Below are positions 21,804-29,466 of a DNA stretch of 29,466 bases, one piece after another. The stretch is from Ginkgo biloba (taxonomy: Eukaryota > Plantae > Ginkgophyta): the NCBI GenBank assembly GCA_024626585.2, contig JANKJI020000004.1, positions 87,838,938 through 87,868,403 of the forward strand. Direction: 5' to 3'. Each line of letters starts with the position of its first letter. Positions within the stretch are counted from its first letter, which is position 1. Below the pieces are notes generated by a model that was not told the DNA's origin, searched no databases, and worked only from the letters and a program-made list of their open reading frames with translations. The translations under genes and the position numbers were made by a program.

Positions 21804-24800
21804 AGGTTATCACTTGAGATGCCCAAATTTTGATTATTGGTTGATTTTTTNNNNNNNNNNNNNNNNNNNNNNNNNNNNNNNNNNNNTCACTAATAGAATA
21901 GACTGAAGGCTCCACATTAAGATTCACCAACACCATCAGTGTCTATTTGCAAATATCTTGGAGGGCAGGTAAGGTTAACAACTTCATGGGGGATCACTAA
22001 TGTCTGTTAGTGAGACAAATTCTTACCCTGTGTTGGTGCAGGTGAGACAGACGTATACTTTATCCATCACAGACGTAAGACTAAGCTTCTTAGTGCCGAN
22101 NNNNNNNNNNNNNNNNNNNNNNNNNNNNNNNNNNNNNNNNNNNNNNNNNNNNNNNNNNNNNNNNNNNNNNNNNNNNNNNNNNNNNNNNNNNNNNNNNNNC
22201 CCCATTTATATCTAACCTTCATTCTCTAGTTTTTAGTTTTATCTTGTTCCTATTTTTTATTTCTATTCCTATAACCATTTATTATTCCTGTCCCACCCCC
22301 ATATCGTATCTTGTTTTTGTCTCATCTAACATCTCATTCATGTCTCTCATTTTAGTTTTTTAATTTTTTGAAGTGAGAGAAAGATGGTGGTTGATCAAAC
22401 ACACTTATATTCTTAGCATACAATAAGTATTGATTTATTTTTACATTAAAATATATGATATGATGATTTTAGTTATATTTATTATCACAATTTAATGTCT
22501 ATATGGGGTTGGTTATCCAGGATCAATTTTCTTAGTATATAGTATAGATATGATGCATCACATTAACCACTAAATAAATGGGTATTAAGAATATTATAGA
22601 TATTCCATCAAACAATCATATTGGTTCAATAGAAAAAATACTAATGGACTTAAAAGGAAATTTTCAATAACATAAAAATTAAAGTCTATACTTATTAGAA
22701 AATCACATGAATCATAGTACACTATAAAAATTACCTTAATGAATTCTTTATTTTATGGTATATACTTATAGAGGTAAGAGTTTACATAATTAAATTATGA
22801 ATATAAAGTTTAATTCATTCAAATTTTTTATGTACAAAAAATATATCTAGCATTTTGATGTAGAAATTATTTGTGTATAAAAGGTTATATGCTTGCATGT
22901 TTTCTTTAGAAAGGTATGTGACATTATTTATCATTTGGGTATGTTTCTATGGAATATATTTATGTATAAAATATTATATTATTTAAAATTTAAGTAAAGA
23001 AACTAATTGTACATAAAAACCTATGAAGAGGGAACATTCAAGACTGTTGAAGACCAAACGAAAGAGAGTAGCCATTTTAAACACAACTTGTAATTGTATG
23101 TATTAGAGCCTCTTTAGTGTCTATAAAGGTGGAGAAAAAGTCAAATGAAGAAGGATCGCCATGGACAAGAGGTATATAGTTCTTCACACTAAGGGTGATG
23201 TGGGACATCACACATTATAATACTACTTGTATGCTATATTGCAACCCACCACTCAATCCCATCATTTTCCTATCAAGAAAGACATTTTAGGATGACTACT
23301 TATGTCTTAATACCATGAAATATTTATACCATTATAATTATAAAATATTTATGTAGATTAAAAAATTTAACATACTTATAGAGATTACTTATAGTCTTAA
23401 GATAGAATTTTTGATTAATTTGGTGATAATGTTGGAGGAAATATACTAATAATGGAGGAATTCTACCTTGATATTTTTAACTATAGCATAATATTCTTAT
23501 AGTAAGAAAAGAGAATTCTATATAATTATCCTAGCACTACATTCAAATATCTTATGTCATATATAAAAATATATTTCCACATAAAAAAATTTCATGAAAC
23601 TCTAATTAGAGGTTTCATGGAAAATATGAGAATCTCTCTCAAGAATATAATAATTCCATTGACAAATTCATACCTCCCTAGTTCTCTTGACTTTTGTATA
23701 AAAATGATAGTGATGGATGGGAAAATCAATCATATCTCAAGTATAATTCTAGATAATAGTAATAAAAGTTCAAAGATCACCATGCATGCATACATATTTG
23801 CAAAATGATTCTAGCATTTGGATATGCTTATCCTTTTGATTTACATTATTTAATCAATTATGAATACCATAATACCTGTTGGAGGACCACATTATAAGAT
23901 CTTGAAAGAAAATAATTGTTTATTATTATTGCAATGGAAGGAGTATTGAGTTATGTAAACATTTTTTCCCATAAAAATCTCATCTCAAACACCTTTGCTT
24001 CATTCGATAGTGCTCACAAGACATGTTTAACACAATACCACCCTTGTAATAAGACTTGAGGATCTAAATCCCTCTTGGTTAAGTATGTAATATAATATTA
24101 CACTTGGTATTATGATATATTTCTAAGGATCATAATACTTAAATTATTTTTAGACAAATCGATGTATATTTTTATTTCATTTTTTTTTTTAATAATTTTG
24201 TGTAGTGAACGAAAGCATGGGACTTATGATCCACCATGCGTATTCATGTAGTTTTCATTTAAATAATAAATGGATGAGATTTATTTCACATGATAAGGAT
24301 TATATTGGGTCACTTATCCAAATTTAAAAATAATTCTACCCTAGCTTTTTAAATAGGTTTCTAGAATCTTNNNNNNNNNNNNNNNNNNNNNNNNNNNNNN
24401 NNNNNNNNNNNNNNNNNNNNNNNNNNNNNNNNNNNNNNNNNNNNNNNNNNNTTATTTTTTGGTAAAAAAAAAGATTTGATCAATTTTGTAAATTTGTCTT
24501 GTGAACATATTAATTTTCATTCCATGATAAAGGATAACATATATATGAAATCTTCAATTAATATTTTGTAATTACTAATCTAATCAATTTATATAAGAGC
24601 TAAGATAGTTTTCTCTTTAGAAAATCTTATAAATAAGAAAATAATTAGGCCTTAATATATAAAAGGAAATTAGGATTTTGATTATGAAATATGGAAAAAA
24701 TGTACATTATGAGGNNNNNNNNNNNNNNTTCATATTTTATATGGATTTCATGTTCTAAAATTTTTAGGTGAAGAAAAATAAGGAGAATGGGATTTAACAC

Positions 24801-25525
24801 CCTTTTTGTACCTTCTAGAATAGTTATGGATTTATCCTCAACCATGAAGAGTTAAAAGATGAAGTTTTATATATAGGTTGATCACATAGGGGCCCTCTTA
24901 ACATATAAGGATATAATATAAATTATAATACCAAAAAATAATGGAGGATTGAAACACAAGATATTTTATCCTTTCTTAGGGAGCACTTTTTATTTCAAGC
25001 ACTCAAAACTCATATTTTTTTGTCTATTTTTCTATAAAATAGATATAAAAGAGAGGTACTTGTGTTTATATAAGTCACACTCTAAATTTTAGAATAAATT
25101 GAGCCTTGTGGAATGTGAAAACAACCAATGAAGACCCCTATTTTAACAAAATGGTGTTTTTATCTATGCGAGTTGTTCAACGTCAAATTATGGGTAAAGG
25201 AAGATAAATGAAAAATGGATTTTGACTTATAAAGGGATAATATGGTTTTTAGAGTCTTAATATTTAAATTTTATAGTAATCCATAGTTTATGGAAGGAGA
25301 AATATGTAGATCCTTCCTACCTATGAGTACAAAATTCAAATGGTTTTCTATAGTTTCTAAACAATAAAAAAAATGCCACAAGTCTCTATAAAGTAAATTA
25401 AAGTCTTATACAATCAACACATTAAAATAAGATGTTGTTTGGCTTAATATTTATTTATCAAGCAACCCATCCTTTTTAGGCAATTAGAATGTAATTTTGC
25501 AGAAATAAAAGGCGGATTTTCTCAC

Positions 25526-25623
25526 TTTTTCTTCTCCAGCTTGTGATGCACAAGAATTGCAGAGCCAAAAGCTCCCCGACCAATCTGCTCCATAACCTCA
25601 TAATGGTCCATTTTGGATGCCAT
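25526..25623 (-). CDS. NEK6: NIMA-related kinase (plant NEK5/NEK6 type), first coding exon: [32 protein letters not shown](K)
   Basis: Minus-strand ATG at 25623 with an in-frame TGA upstream, and 98 nt ending AAG AAA AA|GTGAG (phase-2 donor). Closely matches the plant NEK N-terminus [33 protein letters not shown]. Not in the ORF track. The symbol means 'NEK6-like'. Confidence 0.9.
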
Positions 25624-26707
25624 CCCAATCAATTCCAGAGTTTTCCCCAGCAGAACACTCTGCCCTGGGCTCAAATTGTAGATCAGTATTCTCTCAGGTC
25701 TTCATTTTCCACGCTTTCAGTATGTAAGCGTTGTATGCAATGATTATTTTTTTCAGTCTCGACACATATCATAAAGTTGGAAGGACCACCTATTATATAT
25801 AAAGTTATCCCCTTAAGTTATTTATATTCAATTTATTCTTTAGATTATTTTCCTTAAAAGAATTATTTTACATATGCTTGTGTCCTCTTCTCTTATGGAT
25901 GTTTTCCTTCTCTTAGTTTTTTTTGTCTTGAGAACTTTGTAGGTTTAGTTCTTTAGGTAAAGTTGAATTGATATTTTAAAGTTCCATAATTGTAGCTTAT
26001 ATAATTTGACTTCTTAATAATATGGCTACTTTTATGGTATCTATTGCTTATGTCTTAGTTATTATTTTATAGTGTTTGAGTTACTACTATAAAGATCTCA
26101 TTTATATTTATCATTTTTTCTATATGCTTTATCTAAATGATGGCATTGTAGATTATCATGGTCCTATGTCATTAGACATTTAATATCCTTTAATGTGATT
26201 TGACATGTATTCCTAGTATTTTTTTAATGAAGGCCTTACTATTATAGGAACTTCAAGACAAATTCCTCCCATGGTACATTTTATTTCTAACTTTTTATCA
26301 ATGGTATCTTATTTTTTTATCTTAACTTCTTATTCAAGTTTTTTATCCTTAGTTTATTCATCATAAATTCATAATTATTTATCTTCTCTACATTATTTAC
26401 ATATGGCATCTACTTATTCATCAACATTTTCTTCTTTTGGTATTTCTTCTTCTTCTTTACAAATATATTTCTCTATTTTGTTTAAATTCCCAAGTACTCA
26501 ATCTCGTTGCTTCATTATCTCATTAAATTTCTTCCTATGTATTTTCACAATTTACATTATATCCATGATTCAATAATTACTTAAGTTTTCTATACTATAG
26601 TGCATTTNNNNNNNNNNNNNNNNNNNNNNNNNNNNNNNNNNNNNNNNNNNNNNNNNNNNNNNNNNNNNNNNNNNNNNNNNNNNNNNNNNNNNNNNNNNNN
26701 NNNNNNN

Positions 26708-27090
26708 CATGTATAGGAGCTAACAATTCAAAGAGGAATATCTACGAAGATCATTGATGTGAGGCATCCCAAGGAGGCAAACATGATTCACCATTGATGA
26801 GTGTGTCTATAGGATTTTTTGGCATAAAATTAGTTGATAATTTATAATCACCTCTGATAGTGAGGCTCTTATGTAATGAATGCTTTTGAATCCACCTTGT
26901 GGTGTGAATTAATATCATCTTGGAGTTTTATTCCCCATGAGCGTTTTTCGAGTTTAAAAGTGTGTCTCTATGTGTCTTGCATTTGAGTATATTTATGTAT
27001 TTAGTCTTCTATGTTGAACATTATTTGTTGGTATCATTGTTGAGTACTCAATATTGCTGGTTATTTTTCTATGATTCTTCCTACATCAGT
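26708..27090 (+). mobile_element. Third LTR-like fragment of the same repeat family
   Basis: 26919-26959 CTTGGAGTTTTATTCCCCATGAGCGTTTTTCGAGTTTAAAA resembles the 21601 motif. It is followed by a TG-rich tract and ends ...ACATCA. Confidence 0.45.
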
Positions 27091-29466
27091 GGTTGTCACA
27101 CCAACCAATGAATTTTGACAGGACATCACACCTGGTATAATGGGTGACTTATGGTCGACATCGATAAATCCTATCTGCTAAGGTCTTGGGAGTGGCTAGT
27201 GACAACATCAATTTTCCCTAAAAATAAAGGGTTAAGTACACAGTGTTATTTTTAGTCAACCACCCGTTGCATCAAGATGTGAAGAAAATATTTTCTCTTA
27301 TTTTTATTTCCACTACTTTACAAAGTTGTATTTGTATATCTTTTTGAATGATTATATGCCATTTTCTTCCTATAATCCTTTTGGAAGTGCCTAGGTTTTC
27401 CATAGTAAAAAAAACATGGTATCAAATTACTCCCATAACCTATTGAATTTATTCCTCTTCCATAGAAGTTTCTCCTTACTCTTAATTTCTTCTTCTTATA
27501 TATTATTAAATTTGTCTAAACTTTATTTGATTTCTATATGGGCCTGATTGTCCTCTCTATACATTATCAATATATTCCACTTCTCTAATTTTATCTTTAA
27601 TAGAACATGTAAGCTCGAAACCTTTTTTACTTGAATTAAACTTATAATTGTCTTCTATAAACATACCACTCAACTTATCCATTTCAAATTTGAGATTTTA
27701 TGCGACACTTTAATACTTGGCACAAAAAATAATTTTTTTTTTACAAACTATTTAATGCAAATGAAACTAAAGTTGCATCTTAGAAATCATCTCCCAAGGA
27801 TGTCAACTAATTAGCTATATCATCCAATTTTTTAAAGTGTTTAGTGGCACTATCATTGTCCTCCATTTTAAAGTTATATAGTTTATTCCTTGATTACAAT
27901 AGTCTAGATTCATTTATTATTTCATTCATANNNNNNNNNNNNNNNNNNNNNNNNNNNNNNNNNNNNNNNNNNNNNNNNNNNNNNNNNNNNNNNNNNNNNN
28001 NNNNNNNNNNNNNNNNNNNNNNNNNNNNNNNNNNNNNNNNNNNNNNNNNNNNNNNNNNNNNNNNNNNNNNNNNNNNNNNNNNNNNNNNNNNNNNNNNNNN
28101 NNNNNNNNNNNNNNNNNNNNNNNNNNNNNNNNNNNNNNNNNNNNNNNNNNNNNNNNNNNNNNNNNNNNNNNNNNNNNNNNNNNNNNNNNNNNNNNNNNNN
28201 NNNNNNNNNNNNNNNNNNNNNNNNNNNNNNNNNNNNNNNNNNNNNNNNNNNNNNNNNNNNNNNNNNNNNNNNNNNNNNNNNNNNNNNNNNNNNNNNNNNN
28301 NNNNNNNNNNNNNNNNNNNNNNNNNNNNNNNNNNNNNNNNNNNNNNNNNNNNNNNNTATTATGGATGTGTATAGAGTATAAAATACATATCATAATGCCT
28401 CTTTGAGTTATTTAAACAAACATATGGAACACAGGCCTAAACTGTGTCAAATATCCAACCCTCATTATGAAAATTTTTTCAATTGTATAAATAGTATAAA
28501 TCAACCTATATCAAAATATTAGGTTATGCATTGAATTTAAGTCATCCCATTAACAAAAATTCAATCTCTATTCACATGCTTCAATTTTGTAGTCTCCTTC
28601 AGTTGAGTAAAATGGATTTTGATCAATTGTTCCTCCATAGAAGCAATTTCTAATGATAACAAAAACATTGGGCCATGCCTTTACTCCATGCTTAGAATAT
28701 TACACATCTTCTCTAGGTGATGTCATTGACTTGAGGTGAAAAATATTGGAGGAAAAATATTAATATTAAAAATAGACTTTAAGTCAACTAAAAGGTCTAG
28801 ATCACCATTGAAATCAAAGAAGAATGAGAAACACCCAACTAAAATTTCTCTTCTCAATCATCCACAAACCATTCTAACATTAAACTTCTTCATAGATTAA
28901 TGTATCTTAGTCGCAACATTATCACACCTCTAGGAAGGGTTGGTTTCAATGTTCTCATACCTTAGGCTTGATCGCAATGATATCAACACTTTTGGATATG
29001 GAAACCCATGATTGTGGCACTCTAATGGATCTCAACTCAGGTGGAAATATTACATACAACCCAATGGGAGTTCACAACACTTTGGTGTCTTCAAATCACT
29101 TCTTTCTCTCCTTTTGTACTCATAAGTTCTTGAAGGACTATAATGGTGAAAAAATGAGAAAGTGGTGATTGAATATGGATGACAAAGAGAAGAAGATTAT
29201 AAAATAAAAAATGTTACCTTTGATACCACAATAAAATCACTAAAGAGTAATGCATAGAAGAAAAAGTGGGCATTTTGAATGTAACTTTCCAAATAAATGG
29301 ATTTCTCCTTCACATTTCATTCAAAATAGGTGAATAAATAGAGTACATAAATGTATTTTTAGAAGTAATAGAAACTCTACTAAGTAACTGAAATGGAATC
29401 CTATTTGTAACCAACACACTACATACTTGACATGCCTATGCACTCATTCACACATTATATTATTTG

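Noticed and set aside
21887-22099. Donor-like CAG|GTAAGG and CAG|GTGAG sites as a missing GH1 exon
   Set aside because: The frames I translated do not resemble GH1 or NEK, and the small contig lies between gaps.
25543-25743. 66-aa plus-strand ORF
   Set aside because: Antisense to the real NEK exon.
27415-29228. Isolated TGGTATCAAA PBS-like motifs (27417 plus, 29228 minus)
   Set aside because: No clear adjoining LTR or gag that I could support.

Overview
Eukaryotic, AT-rich, CpG-depleted plant genomic DNA from a gapped draft scaffold; six N-blocks are exactly 100 nt, so probably gaps of unknown size. Sparse exons among old, degenerate Ty3/gypsy debris suggest a large-genome plant, probably a gymnosperm (inference). 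Three protein-coding signals are supported. (1) Two spliced internal exons of a GH1 beta-glucosidase of the BGLU42/Os1BGlu4 type on + (7700-7787, 8203-8452), including the TFNEP catalytic motif. (2) A MEKK-like MAP3K of the Arabidopsis MAPKKK13-18 group on +, read as one uninterrupted ORF (11247/11142-13667), with a CpG-rich promoter, an upstream ~125-bp tandem triplication and an unusually long Cys-rich/hydrophobic C-terminal tail. (3) The first coding exon of a NIMA-related kinase (NEK5/6 type) on - (25623-25526), missed by the ORF track. I could not find the next exon of either the GH1 or the NEK gene. So either the MAP3K is nested in very large introns of one or both, or these are gene fragments or scaffold artefacts. 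The rest is degenerate LTR-retrotransposon sequence, including a six-fold tandem array of tRNA-Met primer-binding-site-like motifs. I see no CRISPR, rRNA, tRNA or prokaryotic system, and no convincingly new biological system beyond these leads.
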